DNA of 64,000 nt from Cinqassovirus ah1 (IMGVR_UViG_2974724611_000001:76650-140649); one strand, 5' to 3'; positions 18,272-26,018 are shown, counted from the first letter of the stretch. The notes: a model not told the origin generated them from the sequence alone. Numbers and translations: made by a program.

Positions 18272-18379
18272 TGGGGCGCTAAGGTAGAGAATCGAACTCT
18301 ACATGAAATCAATACCGACGGGGCAATCTATATCCCGACTTTCGAGAAGCTATCTCATTGCACTTAAAAGCATTAGCGA
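18272..18379 (-). ncRNA. tRNA-like RNA (acceptor, T arm and CCA with atypical core)
   Basis: CGCTAA/TTAGCG stem, T arm TAGAGTTCGATTCTCTA, CCA. Confidence 0.65.
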
Positions 18380-18403
18380 TTTCACCTTTCAAAGCGATTA
18401 AAC

Positions 18404-18479
18404 TGGTGCGCCGAACTGGAATCGAACCAGTGACCAACGGAATTTCAACCCGTCACTCTACCTGCTGAGTTATCGACGC
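18404..18479 (-). tRNA. tRNA-Phe(GAA)
   Basis: Cloverleaf, CCA. Confidence 0.9.
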
Positions 18480-18489
18480 AAAATTTGTG

Positions 18490-18562
18490 GGTGACGGACG
18501 GGCTTCGAACCCGTGACTACCAGGATCACAACCTGGAGTTCTACCAACTGAACTACCGCCAC
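18490..18562 (-). tRNA. tRNA-His(GTG)
   Basis: Cloverleaf, C73. Confidence 0.9.
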
Positions 18563-18643
18563 ATAAATGATCACTCGAAAGAAAGCATTTATGTAACGAG
18601 TTACACACCAGATGCTACAAACGGGGCATCTGGATCCCTCTTA

Positions 18644-18728
18644 TGGTGCTCGGCACAAGATTCGAACTTGCGATGCCTTTCGGTCTGGATTACAAAACCA
18701 GTGCATTCAACCACTCTGCCAACCGAGC
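18644..18728 (-). tRNA. tRNA-Thr(TGT) on a class-II-like (long variable arm) body
   Basis: Loop TTTGTAA in CTGGT/TCCAG stem; G1:C72, C2:G71; 13-nt variable arm; CCA. Confidence 0.7.
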
Positions 18729-18737
18729 GTTTTAAAT

Positions 18738-18829
18738 TGGTGGATGCGGTAGGATTCGAACCTACAACGTTTACCCTGTGGGGCCAGATTTACAGTCTGG
18801 TGCAATACCACCGTCATTGCAGCACATCC
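18738..18829 (-). tRNA. tRNA-Tyr(GTA)
   Basis: Cloverleaf with long variable arm, CCA. Confidence 0.9.
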
Positions 18830-18854
18830 ATTATTCGTTATTTAGTACGCTAAG

Positions 18855-18928
18855 AAGCGAGTACCTGATTCGAACAGGTGATCTCTGGGATATGAGCCCA
18901 GCGAGGACGGCCTCTCCTCCAACTCGCA
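18855..18928 (-). tRNA. Initiator-type tRNA-fMet(CAT), CCA not encoded
   Basis: GGG/CCC anticodon stem, 1:72 mismatch. Confidence 0.8.
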
Positions 18929-18948
18929 TCTTAGCGCACTAATCAATT

Positions 18949-19024
18949 TGGTTCTCCGTATGGAATTCGAATCCATGTTACCGCCGTGAAAGGGCAGTGT
19001 CCTAGTCCACTAGACGAACGGAGA
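18949..19024 (-). tRNA. tRNA-Glu(TTC)
   Basis: Cloverleaf, CCA. Confidence 0.9.
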
Positions 19025-19028
19025 TCTG

Positions 19029-19268
19029 TCAGTAAGCGAAACTAAACAATCGTCTTTGTTTTGCTTTTAAGTCTTCTTCGACAACAGGAACATTATCACA
19101 TGTTTCCGCAGTAGAGTAAACATCTTTTTGTTTTTCTTTTTCAGCGGCTTCCGCAGCTTTCTTTCTAGCAAGTGGACCAACGTTTTTCCACAAAGGCGCG
19201 TTGTACCATGCTGCACTACATTGATTCGCTGAGCCACGATTGGCACGAGCGTCTAAATCATTACTCAT
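19029..19268 (-). CDS. Hypothetical late protein
   Basis: GGAG RBS, CTAAATA at 19296-19302. Confidence 0.6.
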   Translation of the reverse strand: MSNDLDARANRGSANQCSAAWYNAPLWKNVGPLARKKAAEAAEKEKQKDVYSTAETCDNVPVVEEDLKAKQRRLFSFAY

Positions 19269-19305
19269 TTACTAACTCCGTCTAAATTACAACAGTATTT
19301 AGTAA

Positions 19306-19443
19306 CCAAATTTAAATGCACTGTCGCGATCCCCGTAGGTGGTTCCCACCTACTAGCCTTTGTTCGCACAAGCTTGCGGCTCTTAGCTACATACGAGGGC
19401 TTATCTCGTCCCATTTAGGTTAGGGCAATGCACTTAAATTTGG
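19306..19443 (-). ncRNA. Structured ncRNA of about 138 nt
   Basis: 18-bp closing stem CCAAATTTAAGTGCATTG/CAGTGCATTTAAATTTGG with multibranch interior. Confidence 0.65.
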
Positions 19444-19514
19444 TGGAGACGGCGGGATTTCCACCCGTATCTCAGATCCCAGTGACCTGCGATTATGAAG
19501 TTATCTACGTCCCC
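19441..19514 (-). ncRNA. tmRNA-TLD-like mini RNA with G3.U70 and ACCA
   Basis: GGGGACG/CGTCTCC-A-CCA; reduced D stem; 5-nt loop where the anticodon would be. Confidence 0.65.
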
Positions 19515-19561
19515 GAGAAGGCTTAAACGTAACGAGTCAGAGGTTTAAGCGCGATTGAATT

Positions 19562-19636
19562 TGGTGGTGCATAGTAGATTTGAACTACTGACCGACGGCG
19601 TATGAAACCGCAGCTCTACCACTGAGCTAATGCACC
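19562..19636 (-). tRNA. tRNA-Met(CAT), elongator type
   Basis: Cloverleaf, CCA. Confidence 0.85.
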
Positions 19637-19828
19637 AGACGGTATCAAGAGTCGATACCGAGGCAATAATATTGATTTAACTCATACTACCGCTATATAG
19701 GCCGCAGTATAAGAAGCGCGTTGGTGTCAATAGTAACGTTTAAGTTATTCGCCCCACACAACAATCACCGCTTTTTATAGCCTATCGCCACGCAATAAGC
19801 AATCTACCTATTGATTGACTCGACTATT

Positions 19829-19905
19829 TGGTGAGTCGCCCGAGATTCGAACTCGGGACCTTCTGATTAAAAGTCAGATATTCTATCCAACTGAATTAGC
19901 GACTC
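19829..19905 (-). tRNA. tRNA-Lys(TTT)
   Basis: Cloverleaf, CCA. Confidence 0.9.
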
Positions 19906-19911
19906 ATTGTT

Positions 19912-19986
19912 TGGCAGGGCGCGGGAGACTCGAACTCACATCGCGCGGTTTTGGAGACCGGCATAATACCGTTATACTAACGCCCT
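19912..19986 (-). tRNA. tRNA-Trp(CCA)
   Basis: Cloverleaf, loop CTCCAAA, CCA. Confidence 0.9.
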
Positions 19987-20165
19987 AGAATTCTTACCAG
20001 CTATCAAAATCTGTAATAGGAACGCTCTTTGCGCCTTCTTTGACAGCTTTCGCACTTACTACAGTACCGATTGAACCGCTTTGATATTCAATGTTTCGTG
20101 CATCTGCATGAGTTCCATCATACGCTGTAATTCGGTAACTGAAAATCTTACAATCATTTTTGCAC

Positions 20166-20366
20166 CTACACAATAGGACTTTCGATTATGACGTCAAGAA
20201 CGGAATAATACGTGCTGTATTCCGAACTCATATCATCGTAATATGCGCGAACTTTGCTTTCGGCATCGTCTACGTCTTCCGCTTCTACCAACTTAATGGT
20301 ATCGAATGACTTAGAGGAACCCATGTATTCGCTTTTCATATAACGTATCTTAGCAAGAAACATCAT
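20166..20366 (-). CDS. Hypothetical protein
   Basis: 66-aa ORF. Confidence 0.55.
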   Translation of the reverse strand: MMFLAKIRYMKSEYMGSSKSFDTIKLVEAEDVDDAESKVRAYYDDMSSEYSTYYSVLDVIIESPIV

Positions 20367-20375
20367 CGTTGTAAA

Positions 20376-20765
20376 CTACCTTTTAGCCGCTAGTTTGAAA
20401 TATTCGCTGTTCGGTACCGACATCGGTTGAACACCAGTTAACTCAAGAGCTATTAAACTCGGCATAGCTTTGAGGATAAGAGGCATCTGTATCTTATCAG
20501 GCAACGGACGCTTTTCAAGTTTGATTTTTCGAATCTCTTGCCACTGATTCCGTTCTTCGCAGGCTTTCAGTAGCTCAAGTTCTAAGTCATTGCTATAGTT
20601 AACACCATACGCGATTACGCTATCAAATTCAACTGGATTTTGATCAACATACTCGATGATCTGCCGTAAAGTTTCGACGTCATCTTGAAACCAACCGCAG
20701 TTGATAAAACAATTTCCGACACAATCGCCGTTCTTCATGAACAGCGCATAACTAGGTGCGCTCAT
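20376..20765 (-). CDS. Small protein ending in a gp23 major-capsid-like motif
   Basis: C-terminal LILKAMPSLIALELTGVQPMSVP resembles T4 gp23 VRRAIPNLIAFDICGVQPMNSP. Confidence 0.65.
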   Translation of the reverse strand: MSAPSYALFMKNGDCVGNCFINCGWFQDDVETLRQIIEYVDQNPVEFDSVIAYGVNYSNDLELELLKACEERNQWQEIRKIKLEKRPLPDKIQMPLILKAMPSLIALELTGVQPMSVPNSEYFKLAAKR

Positions 20766-20780
20766 ATTTTATTTCTCATT

Positions 20781-20855
20781 TGGAGTACCGAGTCTGGTTC
20801 GAACAGACGATAAAGTGATTTGCAATCACTTGCCTTACCTCTTGGCTATCGGCAC
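20781..20855 (-). tRNA. tRNA-Cys(GCA)
   Basis: Cloverleaf, U73, CCA. Confidence 0.9.
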
Positions 20856-20862
20856 GTTAATC

Positions 20863-20935
20863 TGGAGCGAGTGAGGAGAATCGAACTCCCTATCTACGGC
20901 TTGGAAGGCCGAGCGCGTACCTTACGCACACTCGC
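20863..20935 (-). tRNA. tRNA-Gly(TCC)
   Basis: Cloverleaf, CCA. Confidence 0.9.
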
Positions 20936-21554
20936 TTTTACAACTTTTTATGTGTTTGATCATTCCACCAGTTTTCTTACCGGTTCTACCGCATTTTGGA
21001 CACGATATAATTGGTCTATTATCTGGTGCGTTTTTGACCGACTCTGAAATTTTTCTTCTAGTTTCTTCACTTTTTGGCAAACTGGCAATTTTAGCAAGTT
21101 TCTCGAAGTGAAGTTTAGCATTTTCTGGATCTTTACGAACCCAGCTATTACTTCGTATTTTATTTTTGGATTCTTCCGAATGTCGGAATTTACTAGCCAT
21201 TTCACTTAATATTTTCTTGGTTTCTTCTGTGTGATGTTTACCGTGAAATTTCGAAACAGCTCCAGAGTTTATCCAATCCCACCCGCCTTCTCCACCAATC
21301 TTCAAATTGTATGTATCATCGCGGCCTACAAAATCACTGTCAACAATTTCACGTTCTTTGAGATACATTTCTTCCTTTGTCTGGAATTCGTAAAGTATCT
21401 CCTTTTTGAAGTTATCAATCCCGTATTTGGAAATAGATAGTTTCAAATGTTTACCGGAGCCCATATACCCATCATTTTCATCTGATGTCTTATGTGCGCC
21501 TATGTAGAATTTGCCGTTTATTTTGTTGGTGATTTTATAAATTAAGTATTTCAT
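20922..21554 (-). CDS. GIY-YIG homing endonuclease with NUMOD3 repeats (SegB-like position in the tRNA cluster)
   Basis: LIYKITNKINGKFYIGAH, YNLKIGGEGG, HGKHHTEETKK. Confidence 0.9.
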   Translation of the reverse strand: MKYLIYKITNKINGKFYIGAHKTSDENDGYMGSGKHLKLSISKYGIDNFKKEILYEFQTKEEMYLKEREIVDSDFVGRDDTYNLKIGGEGGWDWINSGAVSKFHGKHHTEETKKILSEMASKFRHSEESKNKIRSNSWVRKDPENAKLHFEKLAKIASLPKSEETRRKISESVKNAPDNRPIISCPKCGRTGKKTGGMIKHIKSCKSECA

Positions 21555-21611
21555 CGGAACTCCAAAAAAGGAATACCGAGCGCCTCACGGCGTGTCATTA
21601 AATCAAAAATT

Positions 21612-21685
21612 TGGTGGAGCACGGGGACTCGAACCCCGGATCTCTGCGTGCAAAGCAGAAGTGTTCCCAATTATACCATGACCCC
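21612..21685 (-). tRNA. tRNA-Ala(TGC)
   Basis: G3.U70, loop TTTGCAC, CCA; 3' acceptor strand one base short (probable sequence error). Confidence 0.85.
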
Positions 21686-21694
21686 AAATTCTAA

Positions 21695-21870
21695 TAGATA
21701 CTCGAAAGTATACATTAGAATAGGCACTTTATGCAAGTACCTACGCAAGTCTTCGGATTCACATACGGGAGTGGTGACTAACCCACGTTACTTTTACCTG
21801 CTGTTCCCTCTCAGCCGCACATCCAACTACCGAAGCAAAGGAGTGCTATCTTTTAATAGTAGATTTGAAG
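21695..21870 (-). ncRNA. Putative multibranch structured RNA
   Basis: Nested pairings GCACT/AGTGC, CTTCGG/CCGAAG, GTGCGG/CCGTAT; no convincing ORF. Confidence 0.45.
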
Positions 21871-21960
21871 TTTTGTATTGGTTGCAGAAGTGAATCCATA
21901 CATTTTCAAAGAGCATTGAACTACTGTCGGGTAAGTTCATTTTTCCTACTAGGTAGAAAC

Positions 21961-22037
21961 TGGCAGTGACGACGGGGCTCGAACCCGCGCTCTCCGACGT
22001 GACAGGCCGGAATTTTAACCAACTAAACTACGTCACT
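21961..22037 (-). tRNA. tRNA-Asp(GTC)
   Basis: Cloverleaf, CCA. Confidence 0.9.
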
Positions 22038-22043
22038 AGAAAC

Positions 22044-22118
22044 TGGTAGCCATGGGCAGGCTTGAACTGCCGACCCCACCCTTATCAGGGGTGTGCTCTA
22101 CCACTGAGCTACATGGCT
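22044..22118 (-). tRNA. tRNA-Ile(GAT)
   Basis: Cloverleaf, CCA. Confidence 0.9.
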
Positions 22119-22123
22119 ATAAA

Positions 22124-22231
22124 CTGGAAGACTTTTAACTGCCACCTGGACTCTTGTGCTAGAGAGTTGAGGAATCGAACCTCACCGTTTTCTTAACAAT
22201 AGAAAATTCGAATGGTTTGCTGAAATCTTCC
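22124..22231 (-). ncRNA. CAGCAA-motif RNA A, circularly permuted tRNA-like (YrlA-like)
   Basis: GGAAGATTT/AAGTCTTCC terminal stem, CAGCAA, anticodon-like hairpin, T arm TGAGGTTCGATTCCTCA, loop-closed stem ACTCT/AGAGT. Confidence 0.7.
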
Positions 22232-22254
22232 GTAGCACGGTAAATTGTTATTTG

Positions 22255-22328
22255 CGGAGGAGACCGGACTCGAACCGGTGACCTGTCGCTTAACAGGCGA
22301 ATGCTCTAACCAACTGAGCTACACCTCC
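22255..22328 (-). tRNA. tRNA-Asn(GTT), CCA not encoded
   Basis: Cloverleaf, loop CTGTTAA. Confidence 0.9.
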
Positions 22329-22356
22329 CAAATAACAACTCTAATCAATAAGAAAC

Positions 22357-22418
22357 GGAATGAACTTTTAGGCTATTTCAATATAATGGCTTTTTAAGTT
22401 GGTTGCTGAACTCATTCC
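22357..22418 (-). ncRNA. CAGCAA-motif RNA B
   Basis: GGAATGAGTT-CAGCAA...AAAAGTTCATTCC; starts just downstream of promoter 22430-22458. Confidence 0.65.
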
Positions 22419-22429
22419 TATCTTTGTTT

Positions 22430-22458
22430 ACTATACACTACTATTTAGTGACTGTAAA
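22430..22458 (-). promoter_or_regulatory. Early promoter with embedded late box
   Basis: TTTACA-17-TATAGT with CTAAATA (22442-22448) in the spacer. Confidence 0.75.
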
Positions 22459-22479
22459 CAAAGCTTCTTAAATTTTTGA

Positions 22480-22534
22480 CAGGCTCACTTTTGTTTTTCA
22501 TCCGCAGAAAAGTTTTGATTGCTGAACGGAGCCT
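22480..22534 (-). ncRNA. CAGCAA-motif RNA C
   Basis: AGGCTCCGTT-CAGCAA...TTTTC-TGCGGAT-GAAAA...AAAAGTGAGCCT. Confidence 0.65.
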
Positions 22535-22541
22535 TATAAAG

Positions 22542-22570
22542 ATTGTATCACGTTTTATCAACGCTGTAAA
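22542..22570 (-). promoter_or_regulatory. Early promoter
   Basis: TTTACA-17-TACAAT, 7 nt upstream of RNA C. Confidence 0.75.
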
Positions 22571-22609
22571 CTATCTTTTATTTATGCTCTACTTTAAGAG
22601 CATGTGATA

Positions 22610-22638
22610 ATGATAGCACAGTGTTTTAATAGAGTAAA
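22610..22638 (-). promoter_or_regulatory. Early promoter
   Basis: TTTACT-17-TATCAT. Confidence 0.7.
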
Positions 22639-22907
22639 CAATCTTTTTCTCGATATCCCACACATTGTTTCATGCTACTGCCGGTTGAGTCCGAAGACCG
22701 AATAAGGGTTCACTTCCACGTTAGGTTTACGGCATACCGAGAAAAAGACAGTCCGCATCACAGTGTTAGCGCAAGGGGTTCCACTGTCACTAAGTTATTT
22801 AGTGTCTACTGTCAACCAGCTAGGTGGGCGCTGGTCCCGTCCATACGAGCATGATGCCACCAATACATGCTCGGAAAGATCTTACGGTTTTTCAAATCTC
22901 GAAATCT

Positions 22908-23132
22908 TTACTTGTCGTAATAATATGGCTTGCATTGACCTTCGAACTTGGTTTGACCACCGAACAATCCAACGCGATTCTCGCCATATGTATCTTGTGC
23001 ATTTTCCTCCGCGACTTTCAGCGCGGCTCTGCATTCTGCTTCGGTGTCGAACTTCTCAATTGTATGGCTATGTGAGCCATAATTGGTACCAAAGTTAACG
23101 AACAACGAAGTAATCAACAAGAACTTAATCAT
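22908..23132 (-). CDS. Small exported protein
   Basis: Hydrophobic N-terminus, two Cys. Confidence 0.55.
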   Translation of the reverse strand: MIKFLLITSLFVNFGTNYGSHSHTIEKFDTEAECRAALKVAEENAQDTYGENRVGLFGGQTKFEGQCKPYYYDK

Positions 23133-23157
23133 AACATCACCTATTGGCATTGTAAAC

Positions 23158-23445
23158 TTATTTAGTATCGCAGGAATACACTTCTTTCACGCGAGTTACA
23201 GAACGTTTGGTAACGTTAATGGAGCTACCCTGATACCAGCGAGACTCAGAGTCCAGCACTTTGTCAACAACTGCCTCAGACTTAGGCAGAATCACATCAA
23301 AGCAGGTTTGTCCCATTTTGTCTTTCATGTGCGACCAGATAGACAGCGAGAAACGTTCGAGTTTGTTACAGACTTTTACCTTGCACATTTCTTCGGACTG
23401 AGCGCCGAAAGATAACAGCGCGAGCAGAATTACGGCAGCTTTCAT
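23158..23445 (-). CDS. Small exported protein
   Basis: Signal peptide, four Cys. Confidence 0.65.
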   Translation of the reverse strand: MKAAVILLALLSFGAQSEEMCKVKVCNKLERFSLSIWSHMKDKMGQTCFDVILPKSEAVVDKVLDSESRWYQGSSINVTKRSVTRVKEVYSCDTK

Positions 23446-23747
23446 TCTTCAATCTCCACAACTCGATTTGTTTTTACAAGATGATCCCACAGCTTTTGAT
23501 AAGAGATTGAATAATCTTCTTTATCGTTGCAGCAAGAACAGCCTTGTTCATAGTAAACGGTGATCCAGTTCATGTCAAGCTTATAGCCACATCCGTAGAA
23601 ATGACGACTACCGTGACTGGGTTTACCCAGCTCATAGTTTACGACCTCTTCCAGTGCGGTATCAATACCGTCAGAATCGATGAAGTCTTCCGCCGCGTCT
23701 TGCTTACGCAAAGCGTCCATAAAGTCAAACAGATTATCAATGTTCAT
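23442..23747 (-). CDS. Hypothetical protein
   Basis: Coupled ORF. Confidence 0.6.
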   Translation of the reverse strand: MNIDNLFDFMDALRKQDAAEDFIDSDGIDTALEEVVNYELGKPSHGSRHFYGCGYKLDMNWITVYYEQGCSCCNDKEDYSISYQKLWDHLVKTNRVVEIEE

Positions 23748-23749
23748 GA

Positions 23750-23926
23750 TTATTTCTCACAATTAACACACATATAAAAAGGCATTGATGCTGCAACGGC
23801 ACCACTAATGGTAAGACCATACGGGAGAAAATTGCCACATTTGCATTTTGATTGCTTTCGATAGTTGACTTTCTCAACAGAACGAATCATAACACGGCAC
23901 AACGATTGAAGCAAGAACTTATTCAT
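23750..23926 (-). CDS. Small Cys-rich protein
   Basis: GAGG RBS; CKC...CVNC. Confidence 0.5.
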   Translation of the reverse strand: MNKFLLQSLCRVMIRSVEKVNYRKQSKCKCGNFLPYGLTISGAVAASMPFYMCVNCEK

Positions 23927-24022
23927 TTTATTTTCCTCATTAGCCATAGTAATACGTTATCGCATTAATATGGCGGCTCTTTCGAGCCACCTTTTAGAAA
24001 TCGGGCCATTCGTCTCTCACGA

Positions 24023-25132
24023 TTAGACCCCCCCCTTGAACTCCACGATATTTGAAATCTCGTTGAACTCACCGTACTTCTGCATTGACGGAACAATGTT
24101 GCCATTCTCGTCATGAATCAGATCTGGATTTTCTTTCCAGCTACCGACTGGATACATGTATTCTGACACAGCATCCGAATTCAAGTCAACAACTAATTTC
24201 GGACTGATTTTTAGTGGGTATTCGCGAGTCTGATCATTCTCAGCACCAGCTACCACAATTCGAGTCATCAGATCGGCATGATACAGATGATCGTTGTCCT
24301 GACTGCCGTATTGTTGTGGGTTAAACTCGATGATGAGTTCACACAACATGCTAACAAACTTACGGAGTCCGATATGCAGATCTGCATTAGCAGCGGTGAG
24401 TTTAATAACAAGGTTTGTCAAGTTGTTTTTAGAGTAAGGACCCATTCCTACATTGACAACGCTATCATATTCCCAGGAGAAACCCATACTGAGATATTCA
24501 TTGAACAGATCCTTTCTCAGTTCATCACGAATGATCTCTGGCTCCTTCTCGATTTCTTCCAGTCTAAAAGTGAGTTCTTCTTTAGTCAAGCGTTTTTTAT
24601 CTGGATCACGAATTGCAAGCCTGGCGAAAGTATCGCGGATCTCTTTATGCGACTTGATAGCGTAGTCTTTGTTCCATGATTGTTCCAATTTGCGGTCATA
24701 TTCTGCTACCATCAGATCATAGACTTTCCGCTTGATTACCATGAACATAACTGGAGATTTCTTTGCACCGCTGAATGAGAAAGCTGGCTGAATATACAAA
24801 GCTTCTTCGTGCATCAAGTCCTGATATGACAGCTTTTTCGGATCGAATAGATCATCAATGTTAACATTACGTTCTTCGTCACAAACGATATAAGTCTTTA
24901 CCATGTCTTGGAACGCTTGGTATGCGTCGTTATCTTCGATCTCGAAGTTACCATAGTCATCATATGTCGCATACATCGGAAGATGCATAGCGAGCTGGTA
25001 TCGATCCCAGTTATAGCAACCAGGTGCGGCTGGAATAGTTTCTCCGTTACAAACGAGTGCCAGCAGAACAACCGGTTCGCCACATGTAACGATATGACGA
25101 CTAACGCCACAAATAGTATTGAAAGAACCCAC
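24023..25132 (-). CDS. Hypothetical protein (369 aa)
   Basis: Long ORF with RBS. Confidence 0.75.
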   Translation of the reverse strand: MGSFNTICGVSRHIVTCGEPVVLLALVCNGETIPAAPGCYNWDRYQLAMHLPMYATYDDYGNFEIEDNDAYQAFQDMVKTYIVCDEERNVNIDDLFDPKKLSYQDLMHEEALYIQPAFSFSGAKKSPVMFMVIKRKVYDLMVAEYDRKLEQSWNKDYAIKSHKEIRDTFARLAIRDPDKKRLTKEELTFRLEEIEKEPEIIRDELRKDLFNEYLSMGFSWEYDSVVNVGMGPYSKNNLTNLVIKLTAANADLHIGLRKFVSMLCELIIEFNPQQYGSQDNDHLYHADLMTRIVVAGAENDQTREYPLKISPKLVVDLNSDAVSEYMYPVGSWKENPDLIHDENGNIVPSMQKYGEFNEISNIVEFKGGV

Positions 25133-25187
25133 GTAATTTTCCCTTGATTAGGTTACAAAAAAGCCCCAGTTAAGGGGCTTATGATAA

Positions 25188-25577
25188 TTAAGCGATAGCT
25201 TCCAGAACAGCTTCCAGAGATTCTTCGATCATGACGCGATTCGGTACGTCATACTCGGAAGTGCGGAAACTCAGAAGAACTTCACCGTGAATGTTCTCAT
25301 GCAGACCAACGATCTTGTCGGCACCAACTACGAACTTCGCAATGCCACGATGTTCAACCGGAGTAACAACAGCGCGTTTGATGTAGCAATCTTTCAGTTT
25401 CAGCGCCAGATCTTCGAAACGCTCGGCAACAGTATACACAGTCGGCAGTTGACCGTCAACTTTTACAGTCAGCAGAGTCTTACCAGAATGCAGCTTTACC
25501 AGACCAACAACTTTCTCGGAGTTGACTACGAAACGGGTGATTTTACCAGCTACAGGGGATACAACAAAACGGGACAT
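25188..25577 (-). CDS. Hypothetical protein with two-fold internal repeat
   Basis: SPV..ITRFVVNSEKVVGL and TPV..IAKFVVGADKIVGL. Confidence 0.7.
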   Translation of the reverse strand: MSRFVVSPVAGKITRFVVNSEKVVGLVKLHSGKTLLTVKVDGQLPTVYTVAERFEDLALKLKDCYIKRAVVTPVEHRGIAKFVVGADKIVGLHENIHGEVLLSFRTSEYDVPNRVMIEESLEAVLEAIA

Positions 25578-25586
25578 TTTAGTTCC

Positions 25587-25823
25587 TTAAACAGTGATAG
25601 AAAATACATGCTGGTCATTCTCAATGATTCCAGCGTTGTTGTCAACGAAAATTTCAAAATTCATTTCCTTTGACGCTTCGATGTGAGCTTTCGCAGCTTC
25701 TAATGCCACTACACTCGGGTATTCCGAACGATTTCCAGCGAAAATACAGATGCCGTTTAGACCATAAACACGTCCACTAAAGCTTCCGTCTTCATCTTGG
25801 TCCAGTATACAGACAAGTTTCAA
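25587..25823 (-). CDS. Hypothetical protein
   Basis: GAGG RBS before TTG start. Confidence 0.5.
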   Translation of the reverse strand: MKLVCILDQDEDGSFSGRVYGLNGICIFAGNRSEYPSVVALEAAKAHIEASKEMNFEIFVDNNAGIIENDQHVFSITV

Positions 25824-25843
25824 CGTGTCAACCTCTTTTCGTT

Positions 25844-25928
25844 TGGTGGGGATAGTGGGACTCGAACCCACACGTCCGAAGACTTGGGATTTTAAATCCC
25901 CCGCGGCTACCGATTACGCCATATCCCC
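25844..25928 (-). tRNA. tRNA-Leu(TAA)
   Basis: Cloverleaf with long variable arm, CCA. Confidence 0.9.
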
Positions 25929-25933
25929 GAATT

Positions 25934-26018
25934 TGGTGGGAATAGTGGGAGTCGAACCCACACGACTTTCGTCAACAAGGTTTGAGCTTGTCCTGTATGC
26001 CTGTTCCAGCATATTCCC
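25934..26018 (-). tRNA. tRNA-Leu(CAA)
   Basis: Cloverleaf with long variable arm, CCA. Confidence 0.9.

Noticed and set aside
21612-21625. Bulged acceptor stem in tRNA-Ala
   Set aside because: A one-base deletion consistent with the same error class.
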